Below are positions 19,470 to 32,880 of a DNA stretch of 64,000 nucleotides, one piece after another. This DNA comes from Takakia lepidozioides (taxonomy: Eukaryota > Plantae > Bryophyta), in NCBI GenBank assembly GCA_030704615.1, contig CM060731.1, positions 69,378,001-69,442,000 on the forward strand. The letters run 5' to 3'. The position numbers were made by a program, and so were the translations under genes. Under the pieces are notes generated by a model. It had not been told where the DNA came from. It was given only the letters and a program-made list of their open reading frames with translations, and made no database searches. How positions within the stretch are numbered: position 1 is the stretch's first letter; the number at the start of each line of letters is the position of its first letter.

Positions 19470-21472
19470 CCGCTGAAGTGATCACCTCATGGGCGCACTC
19501 ACCTCAACGGCTGAGTGCCGCAATTCATAATAACAAGGAGCGGGATCTCACCTTAGGTAATTTGAGGTCACCTTACAAAAGCCATATTACAGGCTGATAA
19601 ATGGGACAATGCTCCAAGCCTAAGCAGATTTTCGCTATAATCGCCATTCAGATCGTCTCAATCAAAGAGCCGCAACTCTCCATGCTGCACCCTAAATCCC
19701 TAAATCCCTAACGCTCCACATATTGATACCTAGGGTGCAAGCGACCGCGATAGACATAGTACTGGTATCGACAAAGTTGCGTTCCTTTGCGATACCAGGC
19801 TCGTCTTGTAGGAGCCTAGGTATTAGTGTTTCACTAGATTGCCCCAATATGTTCTGCCTGGGGTATTGCCAGTTGCTTATACCCACCTGGTCTGGTACCC
19901 TGCCGCGATACCCTTACCCGTGCTGATACCCCGCCTCCCGGACTCGCACGCACCCTTGCCCCTGAATCACCCATGCTATCCCCGCGCACCTCGCCTCCCA
20001 TTGGCAGGAAGGGGCGTGGTCGCTACCACGCACGCACTAGACATGGGCATGGTAACGTTGGGAGTTGGATTCAAGGGCGTATTCGGGGAACTGAATAGGG
20101 CGCTCGGGTTCGGGGCACGGAGCAATATTCAGTGCCCGATTTTTGTGGCATATAGGGTTCAATGCAAGGGTGTGGACGTTTTCCCGCCCACATACCCTAA
20201 AAGTTCCGTTGGTGTGTTGGGTTCAGTGTAGGGTGGGGATGCTCTTATATGGGGAAATGTCGGTTGGTAAAGCGCGCTAGCCAGGTAAGAAAGCTTATCT
20301 GTAGAGGACCTCAGATTCTCAATTATGTTCCTCCCACAAGATCCCTACTTCGAACGAGCTACATTCATCCGCACCGTTTGCACACCAAGTTACACCAAAA
20401 ACATCCTACCGAGAAGCCAAGCTCCCAGTTTATATAATATGTTTAAGCTTAGATACATCTTTATGTAGACCCTTCTAGTAGTACTTCTCAAGTAGCCGCC
20501 TCACCGTCTTTGCTATTCCTAAATGACCAGCATACAAAGAAGAATGAAAGAGCTCCAAGGGGGCTGGAAGTGAGTTCATATTAGGGACCTCCACAACATT
20601 TTCTTGTCTTTTGACCATGATAGCCCTTTAGCAGTTTCCCTATGCTCCCTATGTGTAGGAAGATGATAATTTACTTGTCGCATGGTGTTTGCAGAAATGC
20701 CAAATGTCTTCGTGAAGATGTTTGTCCATGTCTGCCGAACATATGGCCACCAATTATTGGTTAGTGCAAGCTTTCATGGAATGTCTGCCCCTGTTATTTG
20801 CATGTGTAACATCCTAAAGCCTAATTTTGAGGGCTGCCTATTGTGAATACTAAGACTAATAAGGAGCCAGTGGCACTTACAGATTTGATTCATTTTGAAT
20901 TGGTTTTTGATCGTACTCATATTAACTGGAGGGCAGGATGGTGTGCAGCTTACATCGTGAGGGCAACATGCAATGGAGGATTCTGATTTTGAGGTAGCAT
21001 TTTCGACTTAGAGTGGAGGATATGGTTATTTGACTCTTCTTAGAAATTGGTGTGGATCACATTAATTTGGGGAGCACAAAATTGGGTTGGGCAATATATG
21101 TTTTGGAAATTTAAAATTGAAGGTTAAAATATGTGATTTTAATATGTTTGCTTCTGTTTCAGATTAAGGGGGCATCTTATATTCTTTGACATGTAGAGTC
21201 GGCCATCTTTACATGTTATGCATGAAGAGTGTAAAACAGGAAAGGAACCAAGGATGACACCTCCCAAGGAGATATAGATTATGGTGTCTCTTCATCCTTA
21301 GGGACTATTGTATTCCTATGGAAGGAAGATGACAAAATATCAATTATAAAGGTCATCCTGACTCAACTAGGTAATCTAGATTTTTTATTTATTTAGATAT
21401 TTCATTATGGGTTCCTTCAACAATTCCAAATAAAGCAAGGCTATGGCCTTTTCCTCCAAAAAAGGAAAAAAC

Positions 21473-21576
21473 ATGAACCCACACCTTGGCCCACACTATC
21501 ATTTTCCACACTAAGAATTCGGAAATGAACCCACACCTTGGCCCACACTATCATTTTCCACACTAAGAATTCGGAA
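21473..21576. repeat. 52-bp perfect tandem duplication
   Basis: ATGAACCCACACCTTGGCCCACACTATCATTTTCCACACTAAGAATTCGGAA x2. Confidence 0.95.
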
Positions 21577-21787
21577 ATGTTGTATTGGTAGCTATTCCAT
21601 AAATTTTCGATGAGCTAAACTTAACTTACAGAAGAAAAAAAAAAAAAAAAAAACTTGGATGTGACATTGTGGTCGTTAATGGCACTGTATACCTTCTCCC
21701 CAATGCAACAACACGCACCGAATTCCACTCTCCGATCGCTCATGAGAATTCAGAGATATTTCTTCCCTAACAAGATACTAGAGAGAC

Positions 21788-21950
21788 TGTACATCAAATT
21801 GAATTCGAGAGTATATATACAGTTGGAGTTGCAGGCACTTAACTCCATGTCATCGTAATTCAAGGGTAATCTTGCTACCTGCTAGAACCAACTAGATGGT
21901 ACCATATAAAACTGCCGGCTAGCTACAGGTTAGGTGTGGATAATCCAACA
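21788..21950 (-). repeat. 3' LTR of Copia-1 (portion homologous to the 5' LTR)
   Basis: TGTACATCAAATTGAATTCGAGAG...GGATAATCCAACA is near-identical to 49198-49357; preceded on minus by a purine tract (CGAGGGGAGG). Confidence 0.88.
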
Positions 21951-22183
21951 CCTCCCCTCGCACCTGACCTCATTCCTTAGACGTTGCCAGAGATTAATCC
22001 CCTTCTGGATGTCTCAGTCAAAATGGATCGCTACAGGAGGTATGTATAGATTTTATGCACAATTGCTATCTACATGGGAGTCCCTCATGCTCCTTCTTTG
22101 GACGTTGCTCTTGGCCTTTGGAATTTTACACGAATTGGCAGAGGCACACACATGTACAACATCATCGTACCTAGGAATGAAGA

Positions 22184-23849
22184 TTAACTCATTTCAAGCT
22201 CCGATAGATCCACCAGATTGAGTTTGTCTCGCAGTCGTTGAAATTGAACTCGCCCCAGTGGCTTGGTGAGGATGTCAGCGATTTGGTCTTTGCTGGGTAT
22301 GTAAGCAAGTTTAGTCTTCCTATCCTTCTGAGTTTCTCTGATGAAGTGGTGTGCCACGTCTATGTGCTTCGTCCGGTCATGGAAAACAGGGTTGAGTGTG
22401 ATCTTTATAGAGCTTTGATTATCGCATTGGATGAGCATAGATGCGTTGTCTCTAACTTGAATTTCATTCAGTAGTCTTCGGAGCCACACTGCTTTGCATG
22501 CTGCTTCAGATAACGCCATGTATTCTGCCTCGATGATTTGGCCACACATCCTTGCTTCTTACTTCTCCAGGAGATAGGGCCATTTCCCAGAGTGAAAACA
22601 TACCCAGAGGTTGACTTGCGTTCCTCAAGGTCCCTAGCATAGTTGGTTCTACTCCCTTACGGTACAAGACTACCAAATCTTGTGTTCCTTTAAGGTACCG
22701 GAAGATATGCTTTGCAGCATCAAGATGAGGTCTCTGAGGAGCTTGCATAAATCTGGAAACTAACCCCACAACAAAAGAAATATCTGGGTGTATGAGTGAT
22801 ATGGAGGAGTTTACCAACCATGCAACCGTGGGATCGACAAGAGGTGCATCCATGTCAACAGACAACTTGATGCCTTCAGGAAGAGGGAGAGGAGAAGTAT
22901 AACAATCAGCAAGACCTATGTCGGTTAAGCACTGGAGAATGAATAGTTTGTGAGACATGATTATGCCCTATGAACCACGGATAAAAGCAGCACCAATGTA
23001 ATATTGTAAATGACCTAATAAGGACATGGCGAAGTATTTGGAGAGTTGATCACGGAGCCATGCAATTTTCGAGGTATGGCTGCCAGTAATAAGGAGGTCA
23101 TCTACATAGAGGACAAGGATGAGGGTTTTGCCATCTTCCAAGAGAAAGTTCAAATTAGGATCTGAATGGCAATTTGTCAAACCTTGCGAATGAAGATAGG
23201 TGTCTATCTTCGTGTACCAAGCCTGCGAGGCCTGTTTGAGGCCATACAAGGCCTTGTGAAGCTTGCAAACTTTACGCTCGGCACCTGCCACAGTGAAGCA
23301 TTCTGGTTGAAGAATGTAGACATCCTCTTCTAGGTCTCCATGAAGAAACGCAGTTTTAATAGCCATGTGTAGGATGTTCCAGTCTTGGCTTGCAGCTAAA
23401 GCAACCATACATCGGATGGTGCTCCATTTTACTACAGGGGCGAATGTCTCATTGTAGTCAAGTCCCGCTGTTTGTTCATATCCTTTGGCAACGAGTCTTG
23501 CCTTGAGCTTGACTACTTTGCCATCAAAGCCCATCTTAACCTTATACACCCACTTAGTATCAATAGATTTCTTACCAGGTGGTAAATCTGTGAATGTCCA
23601 TGTATCATTGTCATGCATTGATGTCATCTCCTCCTCCATGGCTTGGACCCAACTAGGATTTGAAGCTGCTTCAGATAAAGTTGCAGGCTCGGCAAAGGTA
23701 TTGAGGTCCAAGTCGACATTGAAGATAAAATGGTCTTTAAGCTTGGTTGACGGTGCCGTGGAACGTGGAGGAATAGTGGGTGTAGTAGGCCGTTCTGCAG
23801 GAGCCTGCAAGCTTTCTTGCAAATAACTTGGCCCTAAATCAGTACCAGA
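22184..23849 (-). pseudogene. Copia-1 reverse transcriptase and RNase H (frameshifted)
   Basis: KARLVAKGYEQ, ETFAPVVK, LYGLKQ, LYVDDLL, EAEYMA, CDNQS, RTKHID, ADILTKPL. Confidence 0.92.
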
Positions 23850-24573
23850 GGTACCGGCCACTGCGGGTCTTGTTGGACTCGGGAGCTCAGCCATTGATGC
23901 TGGGCAGAGCTGCTATTGCAGGCTTGGGCCTCACGGAGGCGGATATGGAGCCTTGTCCTTTCCAGATACAGACGTCTCTAGGAGGATCGGAGCAGGCTCG
24001 GGGCATGACACGGCGTGAGTTGGCTATCAGACTACGGCCGGATCACCCTACAGATGGCTCAGTGATGCGAACCAAGGCCATTGTGACAGACGCGGTCTCA
24101 TACGATGTCCTGGTTGGTGGGGCAGTGTTGTACCCCATGGGATTCACCCTGGATTTTTGGAGGAGTCAGCTTCCTATAGGCCTGCATGGCAGTCAGGGGA
24201 GGGTCGGCGTGTGCAGCTCCCTGTGATATTCATAGGAGGAATTGCGGTTGCCCAACGAGGCAAGTTGCCGACACTAGCAGCATTCACAGCGGCAGTGAGT
24301 TGGCCTAGAGAGTTGCTTGAAGGCAACGCTCATTCAGAGGATGTGCCACCTCCGGGAGAGCAGGATGACATGTATGGTATGGCGGAGTTGCCTACCATGG
24401 TTGCTCAGACTCCATTGTGGGGCACGAGCAAGGATTTGCAGCGGGATGCTGATCAACGGGTGCAACAAGCCTGGGTGGAGGCTTTTGTACCGTCAGGAGA
24501 GGAGGAGAGTGCGGGGATTGCACCAGGACCACCTCAGTTGTCTCCATTGGACACCACACCTATTGTGTGGCAG

Positions 24574-25530
24574 TATCCGGATGAAGGCATTTGTTTTCTG
24601 GACTTGTTTGGCGGGATCAGCACCGGATTGGCTGCTGTGTTATAGGCAGGTGTACGAGTTCGGCGTTACCTGTATGTGGAGAGGGATGAGACTGCATGAC
24701 GGTTTCACTTCGCCATGTTGCTCAGTTGGTGCAGCAGTACCCTGAGTTGTTGTCGGTGTCTGCAATTCGTGGATATCAGCAGGCCTTGCCAGCAGACATT
24801 TCGTTGCTAGGGGCGCAGGATTTGGAGCGGGTTGGCTCCGTTGATCTGGTAGTGGCAGGTTGGCCCTGCCAAGGGCATTCATCAGCCGGGCATGACAATG
24901 GATTGCGAGACTCGAGGTCGGGTCTGTTTTGGGAGATGGTGCGGGTTTTGCGCCACTTGCAGCTTCATCAAGCTGTATCTCCAGCATACATCTTGGATGG
25001 GCGATTCTCGGGCCAGGGTGATGGCCAGTGTGCATCAAGTCCGGTCATGGCTTGGGTCAGCAGTGTTGCTAGATGCAACTACAGTGGGGTCACGGGCTCA
25101 TCGTCCACGGCTATGGTGGACTAACTTGATGCCACCCGCACTGCTCAAGCATGCATTTGATGGGGTGCAGCGGCCAGCATATCTCACAGTGGATAGCATT
25201 CTGGACACAGGGAGGCAGTCTCAACGTGTGAGACACGATGACCGTTCGCCTTTGGCAGTGGTCAACAAGGTGGGTCAACCACGAGCAGCATTACCTACAC
25301 TGCTCAGCTTCCCAGGATCGCATGTTTTCCGGGATAGTGGACCTGGCCTCCTATGGGATGCTCAGTTGCAGCAGTTAGTGGAGCCTAATGCTGACGAGCG
25401 TGAGCGGGCAATGGGTTTTACCACTGGTACCACGGCGGTGTCGTCTCTTTCTAAGGCATCACGTCGTCAAGTGTTGGGGCAAGCAATGGATCTCAATTGC
25501 TTGACCTGGATTATCAGCTTGGCTCTGGCT
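24574..25530 (+). pseudogene. C5-cytosine DNA methyltransferase domain (Dnmt3-like) inside pol
   Basis: Motif I LDLFGG (24601), motif IV GWPCQ (Cys codon 24867), motif VIII AHRPRLWWTN, motif IX ERERAMGF, motif X RRQVLGQAMDL. Motif VI (ENV) is missing at a frameshift near 24995; stops at 24643 and 24697. Confidence 0.88.
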
Positions 25531-28500
25531 GAGCAACGCAGAGTGCGGAGTACACTTCCCTTGATGGTCTCTCTGCCTACCGAGACGGTACAGGCAGTGA
25601 GTGGGGGCGAGCATGTGACGACCACGGGGTGCATGCATCCATGGCACACGTGGGAGGTGCTCGAGGTTCAGAGGGAGTTGGCAGCCAAGGCGGCTGTGAT
25701 GGATGAGGTTTGGGATTTTTCTCGGGTTGAGGAGGTCCTCAAGGATGAGATGATGGGGCAGGATGAGGCCTTGTCATTGACTGAGCAGGCAGGGAGTACT
25801 GCTCAAGAGGTTGCAACATAGCAACCACTGGACGCGTCCTCTACCTCTAAGCCCACTGGACTTAAGGTTGCAGTTACGGAGGACAATTGGGAGCCTGATA
25901 TTGGACCCATTGTCACCGGAGGAGAGAGACGACGTACACGGCGGTTCTTGAGGGCTTATAGGAATTGCTTTGCCTTCAGTTTGAAGGACTTGGGAGCACT
26001 GAAGGGTCAAGAGATCCGTATTGAGTTGGCCACTGACACGCCAATCTTTCGGAGACCCTATAGATACAGTGACATGGAGAGGTCTTTGATTCAGATGAGG
26101 ACTCAAGATCTCTGGGAGGCAGGTTTGGTGGAGCTCTCTGGTGGAGAGTATGCTTCAGCCACAGTGATGCCAGCCAAGAAGGATGTCTATGGCAATTGGA
26201 CGGAGAGACGTATGTGCGGTGATTACCGGCCTGTAAATCGTCAGACCAAGTCCGATAAGTATGCCATGCCAACACCAGAGGAGATCTTTGATGCCATCGG
26301 GCATGCTAAGGCCTTTAACACTTTGGATTTACGATCCGGATATCACCAGTTGCCAATCAAGGAGGCGGACAAGCAAAAGACGACATTCTGGGGGATCAAT
26401 GAGCACGGCAAGGATTGCCTATATCAGTGGCGGTTCTTACCATTTGGGCTTAAGAATGCTCTGCAGAGTTTCAGAGAGTCATGGATAGGATTCTAGCAGG
26501 GGTGGACTTTGCTCGGTGCTACATAGATGACATCATCATCTTTAGTGTTACGATGGAGGAGCATGAGAGACACCTTCAGGTGGTATTGGAGCGCTTGAGA
26601 GCGCACGGATTGAAGTTGCATCCGGGGAAGTGCAAGTTTTTCCACAACCAGATTGAGTATCTGGGGCACATGATATATCCTGGAGGATTGGGGGTACAGC
26701 AGACTAAGGTAGAGGCCATTGTACAAATTCCACACCCCACGGATGTGAGCCGAGTTCGAGCTTTCATGGGGTTGACAAACTATTATAGACGGTTTGTCAA
26801 GGGATTTAGTACCATTGCAAAGGCTCTAACCAAGCTGACCAAGGTGGACCAAGAGTGGCAGTGGGAAGATGAGCAGGAACGAGCTTTTCAAGAGCTCAAG
26901 GCGAGGTTGACCTCGGCGCCTATCCTGAGACGACCTATCAGGGGGCGTCCCTTTCAGCTGCATACAGATTGGAGCATGCTGGGGCTTGGAGCGGTGCTCA
27001 CACAGGTGGATGATGAGGGAAGAGAGTTCGTAGTGGCTTATGCTAGCTGCTCGAACAACGCTGCAGAGGCTAAGTACAGCTCATATGAGGGAGAGTGCTT
27101 AGCTGCAGTGTGGGCCGTGGCACACTTCAGGTGCTATCTATACGACAATCTTTTCACCCTTGTCACGGATCACTAACCACTCAAGTGGTTGATGGAGTCA
27201 GACAAGCTTACGGGGAAGCTTGCACGGTGGGCACTCATACTCTAGGAGTATGACTTTCAGGTTGTGCATCAACCGGGTTTGGTCAATCGGGATGCGGATG
27301 GATTGAGTCGCAATCCATGCACGAGCCAACAGGATGACACTGGAGCTCGGTGGCATGGTGAGACGGACAAGGAGATGGTGCCGGGATGGCACGCATCTAC
27401 ATTTTTGTATATCTTGGCATCGGGAGGTCAGGTTGGACCTACAACAGGGATGACTATAGACGGAGTGTCTGAGGACCTTGAGGCTAGTGATGAGCCAGGT
27501 GGTGCCAGAGATATACATGAGGATTCGGCTGTGTTGGACTACCTCCGCACGGGAGACACGGCAGCCACTGTGACTGCTAGGGAGATGGATCAGATCCTGC
27601 AACGAGCCAAGAGGTTCAAGTGGGAGGGGATACACCTACTTCGAGTGTGGGAGGATGGTCGGGTGAGGATTGTGCCTCACCCCACACAGCGTGCACGGTT
27701 AGTGCGGCATGCCCATGAGGAGTTGGGGCATTTCGGAGTGCGACGCACTCACAGTTTACTGCAGGGGCAGTATTGGTGGCGTGGTATGCATACAGAGGTG
27801 CAATAATTTGTGGTTAGGTGCATGGTGTGTGACAGGGTGCGTGCTTCATTCAACGCCCCTACACCACAGTTGCATCCTTTACCAATCATGGGATTGGGCT
27901 ATAGGTGGAGTCTTGACTTCGCAGGACCGTTGCCACTGACTATGCGCCACCACAGATATGTGTTGGTGATGGTGGAGCACTTCTCCAAGTGGATTGAGTT
28001 GGTTCCATTGCCTGACAAGGCTAGTGAGGGGGCTGCGTATGCATTCTTGGATCGTGTGCTTAGCCGATTTGGTGCTCCAGCTGAGGTACTCACGGACCAA
28101 GGGAGAGAGTTCTTGGGGGAGTTTCAAGCTTTGTGTGATAAAGCCTTGATAGACCACCGCACCACTTCTCGGGATCATCCTGAGGCCGATGGCTTGGCAG
28201 AGAGAGTTGTTCAGACGGTGAAGAGGGGTTTGTGCAAGTATGGTTTGCAGAAGGGACACCTAGGAGATTGGGATCTTCAGGTTCATTGGTTAGCTATGGG
28301 CTACAGGTTCAGCAAACAAGCATCACTTGCCTCCTTCTCACCATATTTCCTTCTCTTTGGCCAAGAGCCGGATTTGTCTGCAGCCATTCGTAGGGACACT
28401 GCTCAAGTCCTTAACCTTGACGATCCAGACATGTGGGTACGTGCATATGATCAATGTGCAGAGTTGTTCAAGAAAGTCATGCCCATGGCTTTTTAGAACC

Positions 28501-28811
28501 TTGCCATTGCACAACACCGTGATACGTTGAGGTATATCACTATACGTGGTGGAAGATATCGTTCTGGGGTTCGGAGGTTTAGCCCTGGTGACTATGTTTA
28601 TTTGCAGCAGACTGCTCCTACGACTCTGGATGTTACTGCAGGGCGTGTTATTCTGAGGGTTCGAGAGGTGTTGCCCTCAGGGGTCCTGATCTTGGAGGGT
28701 CGGGATGGCATGACTTGGAAGGACCATGTGCGTAATTGTGCGCCATGTCACCTTCCCAATGTCGATGGCAGAGTTGACCCAAACTTGGCAGTGGTACCTG
28801 CAGGTTTGAGG

Positions 28812-28946
28812 TGCATGCTCTGTGGGTCTGCCAAAGGGGCAGCCACCATGCTGGTGTGTGATCGATGCTCAAGGGGTTGGCATATGGGATGCTTGACACC
28901 ACCTCTTGAGAAGGTTCCTGATGGAGATTGGTTGTGTCCACACTGC
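28812..28946 (+). other. PHD finger at the integrase C-terminus
   Basis: CMLC...CDRC...WHMGC...DWLCPHC fits Cys4-His-Cys3 with the conserved Trp. Confidence 0.9.
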
Positions 28947-29575
28947 TTGGGATAGTGGCAGTGGACATGACTGGAGGCAGCTAACAAGACATGGGAGGCC
29001 AAGCTCATAGGAGTCAATACATGATATTCCAAGCTCAAGTTCACAGGTTGCAAGACGGCGACTAACGATGGGGCAACTCTTGCACCTGGCCTCTTGATCT
29101 ATCGAGTTTGAGTGTAGTAGGGATAGTGGTGGAGGACTTAGTGAGGCTATGGTCACTATCACATCTTGTGGCTACCTGGACTTAGATGGACCTAAGCACC
29201 AGCTAGGGGGACGATTGTGTGGACTAGTGACTGCCATAGTGGGCAGCATACTGGCAGCCTAGTGACTGACTAGTTGTAGCCTAGTGGTTGGACTAGTGGC
29301 TGGACTAGTGGTGGACTAGTGGTATATTAGTGTGTGGTGTGTACATGTGTTGTGTGGTTTTGGACAGCGATGTAGTTGTGTAGCGATATGTATGCGCACG
29401 ACACAGTATTCAAGTCGCGTTCCAATATCTTGTACTCTTATTCATTGTTATAAAGATTGTCTTGATTCCTATTTACTCATCATGCATTCGGCCATGCCGA
29501 CCTTGACTTCTTGTCTAGTCCTGTACCTCTAGTCTGATCTCTTGTTTGTGTTCAGTCATGTTCTCGTCTTTGACA

Positions 29576-30932
29576 TCAGGGGCATCTAGGCACGTAGCAG
29601 CAGAGAGAACGGCTTTTCATTCGATAACTCCCCCAGAGATCACATAGTCACATGTTAAGACTGCAGGAGGAGAACCTCATGCCATTGAGGGCAGAGGCAT
29701 TGTGAATCTTGTCTTCACAAATGGGGAAATAAAGATGATAATATTCTTTATGTGCCAGATCTTACCAAGAATTTGCTTTCAGTTGGGTCTCTCACAGATA
29801 CCGATTTAATCTTGATCTTTAATGACAAACAATGTTTGATTGTGAGAGACTCCAATATCATTGGCCATGGAACCCGAGACAAGACAACTGGGTTGTACAT
29901 GATTACAAAAGACACTTTGCAGCAAATGATACCAACTCAGATTTGTTCAGTCGAAGATCTTTCTTGGCTATGGCATCCTAGACTTGGACACCTTAACTCA
30001 AAGTGTACATTTCCTTTCTACAAAAGGTCTGGCCATTGGCATATCTCCGATCAATCTATTTTTTGCACATTTGTCAGGGATGCATGGAGGGGAAACAATA
30101 TCGTGAAAGGGCTCTAAAACAAGCAACACGTAGAGCTGCTCATGTATTGGAACTCGTACATTCTGACCTATATGGTCCGCATTCTGCATCACATGTTGGG
30201 GCATGGTACTTCCTGACATTCATCGATGACCACAGCCGGAAGAGATGGATCTATTTCTTGAAGCACAAGTCTCAAGCTTTCTTTTACTTTAAGAAATTCA
30301 AAGCACTTGTGGAGAATCTCACTGGTAGGAGAATCAAATGCCTGAGAAGCGATCGAGGAGGCGAGTACCATTCTGAGTTCTGTGTTGAATAGGGAATCAG
30401 AAGACAACTATCCTACACCTCATATCAGAACGGTGTTGCTGAACGCAAGAATCAAACTCTAATAGAGAAAGCGAGAGGCATGGTGTATGAAACAGGTGTG
30501 CCAAAATATCTGTGGGTTGAAGCCCTCAACACTGCAAACCTGCTTACAAACAGGTCTCCCACCAAGGCCAATCAAGGTATGACCCCAGACGAACAATTTC
30601 ATGGTAAAAAACCAGACTTGAGCAGACTGAGAATCTTTGGGAGCATTGCACATGTTTACATCCCTGTTGAAAGGCGGAAAAAACTAGATCCTAAATCCCT
30701 TCTTTGTGTCTTGTTGGGCTACGATGCTAAGACGAAAGGCTACCGATGCTATCACCCCAAGACGAGAAGGATAATAATCAGCAAAGATATTCGCCTCGAA
30801 GAAGGGACCTATCTGTACTCTAGGGCAGAGGCATCGCGACTCTTGAGTGAACCTGCTGAAACGAATGAACTTGCTGAAATGAGTGAACCTGCTGAAACAT
30901 GCGATGACACACAAGGGAACACATCACCAGGC
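29576..30932 (+). pseudogene. Copia-1 protease-integrase segment (displaced to + strand by the inversion)
   Basis: SGASRHV, VPDLTKNLLSVG, WHPRLGH, LVHSDLYGP, RSDRGGEY, QNGVAERKN, KGYRCYHP. Confidence 0.9.
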
Positions 30933-32880
30933 ACGGGCCTGCCGGTCCACTCAAACAGAAAATGTCATCCTGGTTGTCTAACATGACAACTCTGGGTGTC
31001 ACCATGGCGCGCTCAATGGCTGGCCTAGCTGGCAGCTCCATCAACCTGGCAGCTGCAGCTTGCCATGGCGCCGCCGTGGCAGTCTTGACCCTCAAATCCG
31101 AGGATCCCTCCGGCACTACACCTCCCACTATCTCCGCAGAAGATGAAATAACCTCCCCACTCTCACAGAGTGTAGCTGCCAGCCTGAACACCTCAGCTGG
31201 TCTTACCCCCGGCGTCGCAATCATGGTAGCCAAGAGCAATGGAGCCTGGCACACAGATGTGGCCGCTCCTAGCAGCACACTAGCTACCGTAACCTTGGCA
31301 ACACTAGGTAGTGGTGCTACCCTTGTAGCTCTCCCCAATGGCATAGTAACCTCCGCCTCAGTAATAGTCGGGCGAGAACTAGTTGCCATGGATGGCGTCG
31401 ACACTGTCTCCGCCAATGTGAATGACTGAGGAAGCCTAGCTTGACGGTTTGCCTCCCCACGCTGTGGATCCAACTCCACCTCTGCACCTCGTGGCTCAGG
31501 AACTCGTGCTGCTCCTCGAGTCACGGCTGCAGCAGACTCCACCTGCGCACTAGTGGTAGTGCTGCTCCACACATGAATCCCATGTCTCCCATATCTCCTC
31601 CCTCAGGAGCAGGAGGTGGACCATCCGGCCTTAGAGCCGGTACCACCTGAGCTGTAGCCATGGCAGTGAGCCTCTGCTCTAGCTGCTGAAGCCAGTTGGC
31701 CATGCCTTGGTCAACCCCCTGACCTCCGCGTCCTTGGCCATGTTGAGCTTGCCCTTGGCCTGCACCTCGTGGCTGGCCACCTCGTCTTCTCTAGGCTGCT
31801 CCACCTCGCCCCCGGCCACCATTGTTCCCTTGGAACTGGCCTGGGCGCAACTCAGGATGCAAACCATAACACTGGGCCTCTCCATGCCCGTGCTTGCCAC
31901 AATGCCCACACTGCAACTGTGCAGGCTGTGCATGTGCCGGCCCTTTGCCTCCCTCTGGACAATCCTTCTTGACATGGGGTCCTCCACATGTCCAGCACAC
32001 CACATCCGCTCGTTGTTGGCCAGCAAATGAAGGGAGAGACCCCTGCATCTGAGGTCCTCTCTGCCCTTCCCTGAGCTTCACCTAAGCCCCCTTGTTGCCT
32101 TGAGCACGTTGAGGTAGTGGTTGGCTAGGAGCACCACTACCCCGTGGTGTCTCCTTAGCAAATCCCACCATGACCACTCGTTCCTCCACCATGTTGAGCT
32201 CTATCCGCTCTGCCAGCAAAAACACATTTGCTAAGGTGGGTTGGGCCGTTTGTAGGAGAGTTGCATCCCGCACCCTTCTCCTCAGCTCCTTGTCCAATAT
32301 CCCATACTAGAATTGGACTGCCTGAGCTTCCATAACCCCTTGGGTTACATTTATCAAGCGCCTCATGCGAGTGAAAGTCTCCCTCAAGCTCTCGGTCGGC
32401 TTCTGTTGGAACTCTTGCAAGCTCCGCAACTTCTCTGTCCTCACCCCTTGGTAGTTCCCTCTCAACTCTTCGAAAAACTCCACAACAGGGTTGAAGGCAG
32501 GCCCGGGTACTAGTACTGGTGCGGTAGTGGCTTGGGTGGACGTCGTAGCTACTGTACCACCAGTCCCACTAGTCCCTCTACTACTTGCTGAAGCTGCCGG
32601 TGTAGCCACTGCCCTCGTGACTCTAGTGCCCCTAGTGATGGAGACATAGTCGGGTGACCAGTACATCCTCCACTCCTCGATCTCAACCTCATGCCCCCTC
32701 CTGAACTCATGGTAATCATCCATAGGCGGCCCCTCAAGGTGCTGAAACAGCCCTTTCCATGCAATGAACGGCGTAAATAGTTGTGGATTGCGCATTTGCT
32801 GCAAATCACACCAACTATCAAACTCTTGGATAAAATCATCCAACTCGATGGTGCCCACCGCCCCAGAGTACCTTCGTGGC
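30933..32880 (-). pseudogene. Gypsy-type gag, C-terminal part
   Basis: PRRYSG...ELDDFIQEFDSWC, FQQKPTESLRETFTRM; zinc knuckles CWTCGGPHVKKDC and CGHCGKHGHGEAQC; runs in frame into the protease at 23850 across the inversion junction. Confidence 0.8.

Larger units (their letters stand above)
23850..28955 (+). pseudogene. Gypsy-type pol: aspartic protease, DNMT, RT, RNase H, integrase, PHD (stops and frameshifts)
   Basis: LLDSGA (PR); RMCGDYRPVN, LDLRSGYHQL, LPFGLKNA, YIDDI (RT); LHTDWS, YEGECLA, TDH (RH); HAHEELGH...CMVC, SLDFAG, TDQGREF, DGLAER (IN). Confidence 0.92.

Noticed and set aside
19030-21300. GGTAT/ATACC-rich segment and possible decayed DNA-transposon coding remnant
   Set aside because: No termini, TSD or convincing protein motif could be defined.
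30820-31572. Stand-alone Ala/Thr-rich genes on both strands
   Set aside because: The minus ORF is the gag-protease linker cut by the inversion; the plus ORF is its antisense shadow.
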